Shown here: one piece after another, positions 1 through 10,669 of the stretch | Layout of the letters: every line of letters starts with the position of its first letter | Position numbering within the stretch: position 1 is the stretch's first letter | From: Octopus bimaculoides | Taxonomy: Eukaryota | Length of the DNA stretch: 43,605 nucleotides | Reading direction: 5' to 3' | Assembly (NCBI RefSeq): GCF_001194135.2 | Contig: NC_068983.1 | Coordinates: forward strand, 122,154,277 to 122,197,881 | Position numbers and translations under genes: made by a program | Notes under the pieces: generated by a model | The model's input: only the letters and a program-made list of their open reading frames with translations | Database searches by the model: none | Told to the model about the DNA's origin: nothing

Positions 1-250
1 CAGGTGGCATGTAAAAAACACCATTTTGAGCGTGGCCATTGCCAGTATCACATGACTGGCCCTCGTGCCGGTGGCACGTAAAAGCACCCACTACACTCTC
101 AGAGTGGTTGGCGTTAGGAAGGGCATCCAGCTGTAGAAACTCTGCCAGATCAGATTGGAGCCTGGTGCAGCCATCCGGTTCACCAGTCCTCAGTCAAATC
201 GTCCAACCCGTGCTAGCATGGAAAGTGGACATTAAACGATGATGATAATG
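1..250 (+). mobile_element. 3' part of RTE-related SINE/LINE tail ending in (GAT)n
   Basis: GGCGTTAGGAAGGGCATCCAGCTGTAGAAAC...GCATGGAAAG..TTAAACGATGATGAT. Its first ~80 bp also match the 3' UTR following the RTE ORF at 24430-24935; many copies in the window. Confidence 0.85.
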
Positions 251-314
251 ATGATATATGTATATATATATATATATATATATTTATGCATATATATATA
301 TATTTGTATGTGTG

Positions 315-535
315 TTGGTGTCCCCTTGCCTTGACACCATGTGATAGTTGTAAATGAGTGTTACCAATATACAAGTGGTGTCCTTCATTTCTAATCTTCC
401 ATTAAAACATGTCCGGCCATGAGAAAAAATGCCTTACTTGGAAACAGGTGAGGATTAGTGACAGGAAAGGTATAGAAAATCTGCTGCAATGATTTCTGTC
501 TGACCATTGCAAATATGGAAATGTGGAGGAGGAGG
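315..535 (+). mobile_element. SINE-like dispersed repeat, 3' half
   Basis: Homologous in inverse orientation to ~10675-10860 (CTTGGAAACAGGTGAGG core) and partly to 9880-9950. Confidence 0.6.
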
Positions 536-867
536 AGGATATATACAGAAAAAGTTAAGGGGCTTCACATGTGTAAATTTATATTAAAAAACAAAACAAA
601 GAAAATACTTTGAGAAATTTATCATGAGTAAAAGCAAGAAAGTATTTACATTTTTATCAAAATATGCTACTGGCTTCAGTCACTTAAAAAGATGATTTAG
701 TCATGCTGAAATAAATGGAAAAATAAATTAAATTTTCATTATATCAGTTTCTGGAAGTTCACATGTTTTCCTTACAAAATTACATGGTGCTGGTGTTTCA
801 TTTCCTTCTGATCGTTGCTGGGTCATTGTGGTAGCAGCAGAAGGGGACTCCTGATATTCTCCTTTTA

Positions 868-1582
868 TCAGGTCATCCCATAAGTTCTGTTCAATTTTAC
901 CTTTTTTAAAATTGACTGAAATTTAATAGTATTTTAGAATGTCTAATGGAATAAAAAATTATTTTTATGAATTTGTGTACATTTAAATTAATTAAATATT
1001 ATTTTACAGAAGAATAGAATTAAAATTTCTTTGATTATAACCCTTTCTAACATGGAAGTATCCAAAGAGCATTTAAGGCACATAATGCTTTATGAGTACA
1101 AAAAAGGAAACTCTGCAGCCTTAGCAATTCGAAACATACACTCAATTTATGGGAAAGAATGCTTGAATGAAAGAACTTGCAGAAGATGGTTTGCAAAATT
1201 CAGAAGTGGAGATTTCAGCCTTGAAGATGAAGATCGAACAGGACGTCCAGTTGAGTCTGATGATAAGCTCCTTGAGGCATTACTTGAAGAAAATCCTGTA
1301 TTATCAGTTGAAGAATTGGCAATAAAGCTTAGTTCAAACCATACAACTGTTTATCGTCATCTTCAACAAATGGGAAAGGTTCCTAAACTTGGAAAATGGG
1401 TGCCTCATGAATTGTCCGAAAGCAACCGCAAATCTCAAGTTGACATCTGCTCTTCTCTCCATTCTTGCGAACTCATAGATAATCAGGGAAAGTACATTGA
1501 TGATTAAATTTCAATTAAATATAACATTTGATCACTTGTTTTCTTTATTCAAAATTCGGACAGAACTTAAGGGATGACCTGA
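868..1582 (+). mobile_element. Internally deleted mariner transposon (715 bp) with both TIRs
   Basis: TIRs TCAGGTCATCCCATAAGTTCTGTTCAATTTT (868-898) and AAAATTCGGACAGAACTTAAGGGATGACCTGA (1551-1582); TA on the left flank. Confidence 0.92.
1052..1507 (+). pseudogene. Truncated mariner transposase: DNA-binding region intact, catalytic DD34D domain deleted
   Basis: MEVSKEHLRHIMLYEYKKG...RRWFAKFRSGDFSLEDEDRTGRP...GKWVPHELSE, then jumps directly to the C-terminal GKYIDD*. Confidence 0.9.
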
Positions 1583-2114
1583 GAATACAGCAAGTCCTTA
1601 AGAGATGTTATCTCAGGACAAATACTGTAGTAACTAGCCTTTCAACAGTGTTTATATATTAAGTACGATACCTAGATGGCTACTTTAATTAAATACTACC
1701 TCAACCTGATATACTGCTCTTTTTTTTTTTACTTCGTCTTCATATTTAAAAATTTTTGTCTTACACACACACATACTTATTCTTAGAAGAAATTAATGTT
1801 TTCGTAATCTGCATTTTGTCTTCTGTTTTTACTGATTTACATATTAAATTGTATTGTTTCAATAAAACTACGATTTTTGGGGACTATTAATATCATTTTT
1901 GAGATGAAAAGACTTTCAAAACATACACTATGTTTCCATCAGTTTGATCTTCAACAAAAAATAATTCAGATATAAATATTAAACATTTTCTATTTCTAAA
2001 GAAGTTAATAGTTCAAAAACATTATAACCATATTAATACCAACTCATTTATGATATATATACATTTACTGTCACTTGAAGTTGTATTTTCATGTATTTAT
2101 CATTGTTTCTTCAG

Positions 2115-2233
2115 GAATGTCTTTCCATGACCTCTACCTGCGTTGCCGAGAATCATTTTTAGTAAACAATGATATTGCTTTGCGATCACAGTTGACAGAG
2201 TTCAGAGACCATAAGCTGATTAAGTCTAAGAAG
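2115..2233 (+). CDS. ORC2: Origin recognition complex subunit 2, penultimate exon
   Basis: tcttcag|GA ATG TCT...AAG AAG|gtaaaa; (G)[39 protein letters not shown] matches the ORC2 C-terminus (human [40 protein letters not shown]). Confidence 0.96.
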
Positions 2234-2269
2234 GTAAAATTTAATTCTTTACATTTTATATTTGGAAAT

Positions 2270-2612
2270 TGATCATGCTCAATATGCAGTAAAGGGTATA
2301 GATAGTAACTCCATAACTGTGAACCCAATACAAGCAATGGGTACACAAAAGATGCCATAGAATCTCAGGCAGACTAACACAGGAGAATTCCATATGTAAT
2401 AAATGCCTAGGAGTAGCTTGTAGTAAGAGCATACAAGAACAGATGTCTCTCAATTGCTCTGAAGACTTCTTAGAAGTAGTTGGTAGCTCCTGTTACCTAG
2501 GTGACCAATCAGTAGTGGAGGTGGGTGTCGCAAAAGAATAGGATGCAATAATACATTGTAGCAAGACATGGGCTGTGAATTTCAAGAATATGTGAAGACT
2601 GGAAAGAAATGT
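2270..2612 (+). mobile_element. Decayed RTE-clade LINE fragment (Cys/His finger plus late RT region)
   Basis: Frameshifted CSICSKG..SNSI..KQWVHKRCHRISGRL...ICNKC, then LEVVGSSCYLGDQ..GGG and ..TWAV, as in the RTE ORF at 23985-24401. Confidence 0.7.
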
Positions 2613-2664
2613 AGTGATAAGCTACATGAAGTTGATGAATATGACAAATGGAGAAACATATTTT

Positions 2665-2830
2665 AATGTCTGCTTTCCTTGCTGGCACAGGTTCAAATGG
2701 TGTGTTATAGTTCAATAGGTTCTCATTTAAAGTTACTGCTCTCCAGACATTTTAACTTGGGTTTAGTTTCCTAATGCCAATTATTAAAGAGTGTACTAGG
2801 TGCATTTTTATTGCGGTACCAACACTAGAG
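2665..2830 (-). mobile_element. Diverged RTE-type SINE tail
   Basis: Reverse complement of the 1-250 family (TTTAATGTCTGCTTTCC..GCTGGCA...CCTAATGCCAA). Confidence 0.6.
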
Positions 2831-2924
2831 AGGTTTTCATGTCCTCAATAAACCAAATGCTCTCAACTCTATGTTGGTTCTGTTTGTTTGCCACCTACTT
2901 ATCCAGATGTTTGAACTGCGAAGG

Positions 2925-3475
2925 TCCAGAAAGTCGACCTCGACGGAATTTAAACACAGAATGTAAAGACCGATGAAATGTCACCATGCATTTTACCCAA
3001 TATGCTAACAATTCTGCCAGCTTACTGCCTCGAAAGTCCAGAAATGTTAGTTTTAGATTTTGGCACAAGGCCAACAAGTTTGCTGGAGGGGATAAGTTGC
3101 TGTAATCGACCCCTAGGGCACAAGTGACACTTATTTTATCAACACCAAAAAGATGAAAGGCAAAGTCAACCTCAGCAGAATTTGAACTCACAACATAAAG
3201 ACAGACAAAATACTGTTAAGGATTTTGCCCAGCATGCTAACAATTCTGCCAGTTTTCCACCTTAAGGTCCAGAAATATTAGTTTCAAATTTTGGTACAAG
3301 GCCAGCAATTTTGGGGAGGTGGTAAGTCAATTACATCAACCCCAGTATTCAACTGGTACTTATTTTATTGACCCTGAAAGGATGAAAAGTAAAATTGACC
3401 TTGGCGGAATTTGAACCCAGAACATAAAGATGGGTGAAATGTCACTAAGCGTTTTGCCCAGTATGCTAATGATTC
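2925..3475 (-). mobile_element. Head-to-tail tandem of three tRNA-derived SINE copies (Meta-domain-like core), first partial
   Basis: Repeated AAAGATGAAAGGCAAAGTCAACCTC..GAATTTGAACTCA..ACATAAAGAC...TTTTGCCCAG.ATGCTAAC with ~235 bp period. Confidence 0.8.
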
Positions 3476-3789
3476 AATTAGAACACAATCAGGTTTCCAT
3501 GTCAATGCAGGTATGTGTAGTTAAGTTCACTTTGCAATGGTTCCATGTTTAATCCTATTACATGGTTCCTATGGTCTTTTACCAGCATATACTTTGTGAG
3601 TGAAACTTGGTAGAAGGAAACTGCGTGGATGCTTGTAGGATGGACCTGCATTGTTATTGGTGGTTGGACCTAGCCCGTCATTTGTTTAACATGGCCACTC
3701 AATCTTGGTTGCCTTCCGCAAAGTGTATTAGCACCTGAGCAGTTATATTGTTATGTAGTCATCGTCAGCCACATAGTCTGTTGAGCAAT

Positions 3790-4010
3790 TGAGTGTGGAC
3801 TATAGAGCCAATTCTTGCAATATATTACACACCTCTGCCTGGTTGTTGTGGTTTAGCCTCGCCAAATCATCCCGATCAAGCAGATCTATGATTGAAAGTG
3901 GCCTATGTCTAACTATCTCATCTTGTCTGTATATCAAGGCTACTTTGTTTAATATGTTCTCTTCCTTTAAGATACGAGGATGAGATTTGAAAGAGACTTT
4001 GGCTGCTGTT
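3790..4010 (-). mobile_element. Dispersed repeat (probable LINE/SINE tail); relatives near 10110-10265, 12625-12790, 14755-14820, 42070-42220
   Basis: Shared GATC.AGCAGA..TATG and GAGA.TT.GCTGCT.TTTCTAG motifs. Confidence 0.5.
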
Positions 4011-4239
4011 TCTAGCAGGTCAGACGACTACATAGAGGTAGAGACTCAGTAGTACCAACAAAAGAACCTTTACATTTTACTCAACCTGCTAGAAACAACA
4101 GCCAAATTTCCTGTTGTATTACTGTCTTAAAAATAACTCAATATTTACATCTCAGTCTTTTAGTTTATGTAGTAGTCTAGAGAGTAACATGAACAGTCAC
4201 TAACTTCTTGTGGCCTGTTGTAAATAAAAGAAACCTTAT

Positions 4240-4420
4240 CACCATTTAACGTCTGTTTTCCATGCTGGCATGGGTTAGACAGTTTGACTGCAACTGGTAA
4301 GTCAGAGAGCTGCACCAGGCTCCAGTTGTCTGTTTTGGCTTGGTTTCTACAGCTGAATACCCTTCATAACATCAACTATTTTACAGTGTACTGAGTGTTT
4401 TTTTATGTGTCCCTGCTATT
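4240..4420 (-). mobile_element. RTE-type SINE tail
   Basis: CATTTAACGTCTGTTTTCCATGCTGGCATGGGTTAGACAG...: reverse complement of the 1-250 family. Confidence 0.75.
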
Positions 4421-4684
4421 GACAAAGACCACGTATGGGGTATATTATGAATTTATTGTTAGTTATAGTAGCTTAAATCTTTAGCATATTATATAATATT
4501 GATTGTAAATTATTTTAATTGTGACTTTTATTCAAATTGACATTTTGTTTTGAATACACTTAAATCTGAATTGTAGACTGGGAAATAATCACAGAATTGT
4601 GTAGTAGAAATACTTGTCTCAAGTATTCAAACCAAATACTGAACCAATCAGATACAACTAATTTATTCAATTTGTTTGTTTCAG

Positions 4685-4768
4685 GCTGCAGATGGCATAG
4701 AGCATCTCATCATCCAACTTGATACATCCACATTGAAAGATTATTTTGAGACGGAAGAGGCATTATAA
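4685..4768 (+). CDS. ORC2: ORC2 terminal coding exon
   Basis: ttgtttcag|GCT GCA GAT GGC...GCA TTA TAA = AADGIEHLIIQLDTSTLKDYFETEEAL* (human [28 protein letters not shown]); phase 0 fits the previous exon. Confidence 0.95.
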   Translation, partial: AADGIEHLIIQLDTSTLKDYFETEEAL

Positions 4769-4895
4769 AATTGGATGGGGGCCATCCAGTAATTACTTTA
4801 CAACTGGGGTTATTTGAAATTTCCACTGTTGTTCAGAAAAAGAATTAAAGAATTTTGTAAGATAGACCATTTTATTTATATATCTATTTTGAAAG

Positions 4896-4919
4896 AATAA
4901 AGTGTATTTTAAAAATAAA
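4896..4919 (+). terminator. Candidate ORC2 polyadenylation signals
   Basis: AATAAA at 4896-4901 and 4914-4919, ~130-150 nt after the stop codon, followed by U/GU-rich sequence. Confidence 0.55.
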
Positions 4920-5224
4920 ATATTTGTAGTTGCAAACAATGATTTAAATCATTCATGTCAAATTATTTGAGGTTGCCAAATATTAAACTGATTTTTGATA
5001 AATGAGCTTTTAGAATTATTTTTCCACATTTGTGTGGGTTAATTGATTTTACAAATACAATCATTTGTACAATAACCTAGCAGGTATCTTTACTACTAGC
5101 ACTATCTTCAGAGCTTTGTCCATCTTAGTTAGGTAGAAAAACTTACAAAACGAACATTAAATGAAGTAGCTGTTATTTATTATGCACAAGTCATCTTCTT
5201 AGTTTTTCTCGTCTCTTTTCAAGA

Positions 5225-5869
5225 CATCATTGCTGTTTAATCATGAGCAGCACTCAGCTAGAGCCCTCAATATTGTACCACCTGTTGGATCTCACTTGAT
5301 GAAACCACATCCCTAATATACTTATAACTGCATTGCAATAGCTGGCCCTTCTCTTCAGTAGCAGAAGGTTCTTCTTCAACCCACAACAATTATATTCTAT
5401 AAAGCTTGGATGAGGCTCACTACAGAATATTGTTCTCACATCTTGGGCAGTGCTACTGCTGCTGTACATAGACTCCTTTGACTGTATCCACAAAAGGCTA
5501 CTCAACTGATCAGCATTAACTCACTGAGATATGTTTCAACCTCTGGCCCACAAGTACCTGTCTCTTCAGACACTGCTTTTTCTATTGTTACTATGACGGC
5601 ATCTATACCTCAGAGCTGGCTGCACTCATGTCACCGCTACTCAGGCATTCGTGTCCCATTCATCTCCAATTTATCAGACCCTGCACTACTCCAAATCCTC
5701 CCTTTCCAGAACATTCACCCTCTGAAATTTCCTCCATGCTCATGTCTTTCCCATGGCTGTTCATTTACAAAGGCTTGGGAGGAACATAAATAGCAACAAT
5801 CTCACTGATCTTAGAGAATCTGCAAAGGCCAAGGACTGATCTCTCCACACCCAACAAATAAAAAAAAAA
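5225..5869 (+). mobile_element. 3' end of decayed CR1/L2-group LINE with poly(A) tail
   Basis: Frameshifted EYCSHILG...YYDGIYTSELAALMSP...LHYSKSSLSRTFTL*NFLHAHVFP, resembling the CR1/L2 ORF2 C-terminus; ends AAATAAAAAAAAAA. Confidence 0.7.
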
Positions 5870-6002
5870 GTCATTAAAGCAGAGTAGCACTGTTTTTATT
5901 TAGTTTTTCTAAGTAAATATATTAAATTAGTATTGTTGGTATTTGAGAAAACTATTTGGTATTGAGTCACATTCCTTTAAATTCTGACCTTAATACTTTC
6001 TG

Positions 6003-6515
6003 AAGTTAACTTTGCTTTTAGCCCTATAAGGCTGATAAAATAAAGTACCAGTGTAATACTTGGGTCAGTTTAATTAACTATATCCTATCCACCCCATCTT
6101 TATGGTCTTGTGCCTATATTATTATTATTATCAATAATAATAATAATCCTTTCTACTAAAGGCACAAGGCCTGAAATTTGTGGAGAGGTGACTAATCGAT
6201 TACATTGACCCCAGTGTTTCACTGATACTTAGTTTATCAACCCCGAAAGGATGAAAGGCAAAGTTGACCTTCGTAGAATTTGAACTCAGAACATAAAGAC
6301 AGATGAAATGCTGCTAAGCATTTTGCCTGGCATGCTAATGATTCTGAGTAATAGTAGTAGTAATAGTAATGAGGTGAACTGGCAGAAATGATAGTGTCAG
6401 AAGTAACACTACAAAGCATTTCTTCTGGCATTTTGTGTTCAGAGTTCAAATCCTGCCAAGGTGACCTTTACCCTTCATCCTTTTGGGAGTCAGTAAAATA
6501 AAGTACCAGTCAAGT
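6003..6515. mobile_element. Cluster of three Meta-like SINE copies in alternating orientation (+6003-6080, -6153-6345, +6372-6515)
   Basis: GATAAAATAAAGTACCAG core on +, its complement on -; same family as 2925-3475. Confidence 0.75.
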
Positions 6516-6647
6516 AAGTAAAGGAATTGAGAATTGAAGTAATGCACCTCATGAAGTTTGGTGTGCTTAGCAAAGAAATATATTTTAGAGTTAAAAAAAG
6601 AATTTAATCTTAAATAATTACTAACTGAAGATCAATCATTTAACTAA

Positions 6648-6834
6648 CCTTTTAGCATTTAAACCAGCTACATCCAGCCCAAATATTCTATTGTTTTGTG
6701 TTCAAACTACCCAGATCCAGCCTCTCACACCTACCCTACAATGTCATTCTAAAAATACAAAAATCACATTGTCCAAAATTAAAAAAAAAATAATGCATGA
6801 TTAATTCAAAACAAGTTGTTTGAATGCTAAAGAT
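6648..6834. mobile_element. piggyBac-type MITE, older copy
   Basis: CCTTTTAGCATTTAAACCAGC...GAATGCTAAAGA followed by TTAA; homologous to 9270-9488. Confidence 0.7.
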
Positions 6835-7144
6835 TTAAAAAAATTCCAAACTTAATTTTGACATCAATACATACAAATGTTGAGTTTTAAATGACATGAA
6901 AAAAATAAATTTATAATAACAAGTATTTATTTTACAATCATTAGCATTTATTAAAATTAAATGCTGTGATTTTTCAATACTTTTATGTTCCAAATAAACC
7001 TCTCAGAACTGTTAAAACTTGTTTGACAATATGAGAGTCTTTTTTTTTTTTTTTTTGTCTAAATCATGGTTGTAAGTTCCTTGAGCTTTTATAATAAATA
7101 AACAACACTAGCATTCTGGCTGTAACATTCTGGAGATAAATCCA

Positions 7145-7162
7145 TTAGGCTGGGCCTCCTCT
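7145..7162 (-). CDS. KGD4: KGD4/MRPS36 exon 4 (RGGPA*)
   Basis: cttgtttttcag|AGA GGA GGC CCA GCC TAA; matches the conserved C-terminal RGGPE. Confidence 0.9.
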   Translation of the reverse strand, partial: RGGPA

Positions 7163-7189
7163 CTGAAAAACAAGAAGTAGAAATTAAGT

Positions 7190-7312
7190 CGTCATCATCA
7201 TTGTTTAATGTCCACTCTCCATGTTGGTGTGGGCGGGACGGTTTGACCTGGAGTTGGCTAGCAGGGAGCTGTCCAGATTCCAACTGTCTGTTGTGGCATG
7301 GTTTCTATAGCT
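7190..7312 (-). mobile_element. RTE-type SINE tail
   Basis: TCATCATCATTGTTTAATGTCCACTCTCCATG...TTTCTATAGCTGGAT. Confidence 0.65.
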
Positions 7313-7609
7313 GGATTATTATTATTATTTATTATATAATAAATGTTTAAAAACGTTAGGCCAAACGACACCTTCAGCAAGAACAGGAAGGAGAGATAGG
7401 TGTATGTAGACAACTGTAGCTTACAACACACACATACACACCTACACATTTATGTATTTCAAGTATAACACATAGTCTAGCTCTGGTTTAAACATATTAA
7501 GAAATAAAAAGTAGAGTATTATAAATGTTAAGAGGAAGATATTTAATGCATCACAAGTAAAGGAACCTAGTAAATCTTTAGATATATATTATTGAAAAGA
7601 AACATCATT

Positions 7610-7812
7610 AGTGGATCATAAAGGTGTTTGTACTACTGTTACATTAAAAGCATCCAGCACACACTGTAAGTGGTTGGCATTAAGAAAGGCATCCAGCAGT
7701 AGAAACCAAACCAAATTAGACTGGAACTTGGTGCAGCTCTCCTACAAGCAAGCTCTGCTCAAACCATCCAGCCCATGCCAGCATGGAAAACGAATGTTAA
7801 AGGATGATGATG
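7610..7812 (+). mobile_element. RTE-type SINE tail
   Basis: GGTTGGCATTAAGAAAGGCATCCAGC...GCATGGAAAACGAATGTTAAAGGATGATGATG. Confidence 0.75.
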
Positions 7813-8129
7813 TAATGTCATTATTGTCTCTGATGACAATTTATTTTGAAGTTTATGCTGTTAACAAGAATCATTGACATTTTGTTACCACAACTCAAAG
7901 TTAGATTAACTGCTGGAATAGCATGAAAACCAGATAAGCACAGTGCTGATGTTATATTTTGGAACTAAAAATGCATTATCTGAAAGGTCTTCCAACTGTA
8001 AAAATATCTCCATAAAATAATTAAAATTTTCAGAACTATCCACAAAATGGCAGAGGACATGCATAAGACGTTACAAAGTCAAATTCTCTTCTCAAATTCA
8101 AGAGGTTATCAGACATTTAATATTATGTA

Positions 8130-8615
8130 GTAGACATATAAACAGAGCAAATTTAACTATTTCTTCATAGATTGAAAAAAATGAACAATTGATTTCTGAA
8201 CCTCATTAGGTGTCTACAGCACTTGGCCAATCCCAAAGAAATAAGTAGCCAATCTGTTCAAAACGCAACAAATACTTTATTTAATATCAGCTGCCTGTCA
8301 ACAGGGATCTCAGTCCATTCAGTAACAAGGTATGATATGATATATGTAAACCTATATAGATGACACATAAACATGACAGATTTAACTATTTTTCTGTAGG
8401 CTAAAAAAGTGATGAACTGTAGCAGGTTTTCATCAAGGATCACTTGAGTAATCCCTAAGAAATAAGTAGCCTATCGGTTTATATACACAACAAATCCAGT
8501 AGCTTCAAAGATCAGGGGCTGCTAATTTGCATACTATAAGTATTTAACCCTTCTTTTAATATCAACAGCTTGTCAACAGGGATTCCAGTCCACACAGTAT
8601 CAAGGTATGATATAA
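8130..8615 (+). repeat. Degenerate tandem duplication (~230-275 bp) of an exon-like cassette, antisense to KGD4 intron 3
   Basis: Two units sharing TTTAACTATTT(Y)nAG ... AATCCC.AAGAAATAAGTAGCC ... GTCAACAGGGAT..CAGTCCA ... CAAG|GTATGATAT. Confidence 0.8.
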
Positions 8616-8619
8616 TATA

Positions 8620-8830
8620 GATTTCAAATTTTAGGACAAGGCCAGTAATTTCAGGGTGGTAGGTAACTTGATTACATTGACTCCAGTGCTCAACTGGTTC
8701 TTATCTTATTGATCTTGAAAAGATGCAAGGCAAAATCAACCTTGGTGGAATTTGAACTCAGAAAGTAAAGACAGATAAAATGCCACTAAACATTTTGCCC
8801 AGTGTGCATTCTGCCAGTTTGCCTCCTTAA
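8620..8830 (-). mobile_element. Meta-like SINE
   Basis: Same family as 2925-3475. Confidence 0.75.
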
Positions 8831-8919
8831 AGAATGATATAATATTATAAAATATTTGCAAAATATTGTAAAATATCCTGTCAATCAGAAACAATAATAC
8901 GCAATCAAAAGACACTCAC

Positions 8920-9080
8920 CTCAATAAATTCCATTTCCTCAGGTGTAAGAGACTTTCTGTGGTACTTGGCTGGTAAATCTTCCCATTCTAAACAGGTGGC
9001 TAAAGTTATGTTTGTAGATTTGGAAACATTAGGTGAAGTTGATGGTGTCATATTTTGTGAAGAAGTAGATTTCACTACCC
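8920..9080 (-). CDS. KGD4: KGD4/MRPS36 exon 3
   Basis: gtttcag|GG GTA GTG...TTT ATT GAG|gtgagt; (G)VVKSTSSQ...WEDLPAKYHRKSLTPEEMEFIE (human LPQKYRRKLVSQEEMEFIQ). Confidence 0.93.
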
Positions 9081-9269
9081 CTGAAACATCAATACATATT
9101 GTATTAAGTCTAGCATAAATTACACTTTCTTATCAGTTATTTGTGAAGGAGTTTACAATCATAAGAAATGTGGTGCTGAAGTATTTAACATCAGCTCAGT
9201 CCAGACAGCATTAAGTTATACAAAGAGAATACAAGATTAAAACTCTTCAGAAAGAAAAGTAAACATTAA

Positions 9270-9488
9270 CCCTTTAGTATTTAAACCAGCCATATCTAGC
9301 CCAAATATTCTACAAATTTTATGTTCTAACTGGCCAGATCTGGCTTCTAACATCTACCCTACAAGGTTATTTTACAAATAGACAATCACATCATCAAAAT
9401 ATCGAAGCTACAAGATACTGCATGATCATTTAAAAACAATGTGAATAAATAAGCATTACACTTACAGAATAATTTGAATGCTAAATGG
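9270..9488. mobile_element. piggyBac-type MITE (219 bp)
   Basis: TTAA|CCCTTTAGTATTTAAA ... TTTGAATGCTAAATGG|TTAA: TTAA duplications and inverted termini. Confidence 0.85.
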
Positions 9489-9544
9489 TTAAAGCAATGA
9501 TGATGATATTCATCATCTAATTAATTAACTTTCTAAAAACAGGC

Positions 9545-9950
9545 ACAGACACGGTTATGTGGGTGAGAAGCTTACTTCCCAACCATGTGGTTTCAAGTTC
9601 AGTCCCACTATGTGACACCTTGGGCAAGTGTCTTCTACAACAACCCCAAGCCAACGATCAAAGCTTTGTGAGTGGATTCAGGAGGTAGAAATAAAAAAAC
9701 AGCCCACTGTATTATATCATCCTTTTTTCCATGCTGGCATGGGTTGGACAGTTTGACAGAAACCAGTGAGACAGACGATTGTACCAAGCTTCAATATCTG
9801 CTTTGGCTTGGTTTCTATAACTTGATGTCGTTCCTAATGTTAAGCATGTGTGTGTATGCTTTTCATGTAGCTTTGTCTTGACATCATTATGGTTGTAAAT
9901 GAGAATCATTGTCATACAAGCAATGTTGATCATTTCCTATCTTCCACAGA
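9545..9950. mobile_element. Nested SINE pieces (tRNA-like head on +, RTE-type tail on -)
   Basis: GGTTTCAAGTTCAGTCCCACTATGTGACACCTTGGGCAAGTGTCTTCTAC as at 27448-27560; tail at 9715-9860. Confidence 0.65.
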
Positions 9951-10669
9951 ATATTTATTTTTATTGCATTTTTGGTTTATTTCACCAGACAACTTTTGAT
10001 CTATAGTTGCCACTGTAGCTGAGTTATGTATAGAATATCATCCAATCTCTCTCAATAAGAAACATCATTTGAGCCAATAAATATCTTAACTCAAATCAAT
10101 GAAGAAATCTCAAGAAACTTGCCCAGCTACAAATATCCCTCAAATCCTACACTATACCACCTTTGAAGTGGAAGGACACACTGCATAATGCAGTCCTAGA
10201 TGCAGTGGAATGATATTCACAGGAATAAATTTGACCATAAATCTAATGAATTCAGCTAAACAACAAAATCAACCTTGACAAATACTAAAAGAAATGCATT
10301 TAACTGGATACCAAATAGGGGCTGGACAAATTAAAAAGGACTAAATAACTATGCTGATCATCGTCGTTATTGCCACAGTTTTAACATCTACTTTTCCATG
10401 CTTGCATGAAACTGATGAGAGTACATTGGAGCAGAGTTTTTTGTTTTTTTACATCAAGATCTTATTATCTTGCTTCAGTCTACTGAAGAATAAACAGCCT
10501 ATTTTATGCAAAAGATTAGAGACAAATGGCACCAGCTGAACGAACCATTTTTGCAACATGTCATAAAGCCCAGTCTTACTTCCATGGTGGGCTGCAAACA
10601 AACAACACTGTCAGGATGTCATTGTTCACAAACCAGTGAATGTGAGGAAATACAAGCTCACACACATAT

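Noticed and set aside
8130-8615. H/ACA snoRNA pair or snRNA variants on the KGD4 sense strand
   Set aside because: The hairpin plus ACA occurs only in unit 2 and is not kept in unit 1; no U-snRNA similarity. Selenocysteine readthrough of the TGA in unit 1 is also unsupported, since unit 2 has TAA stops.
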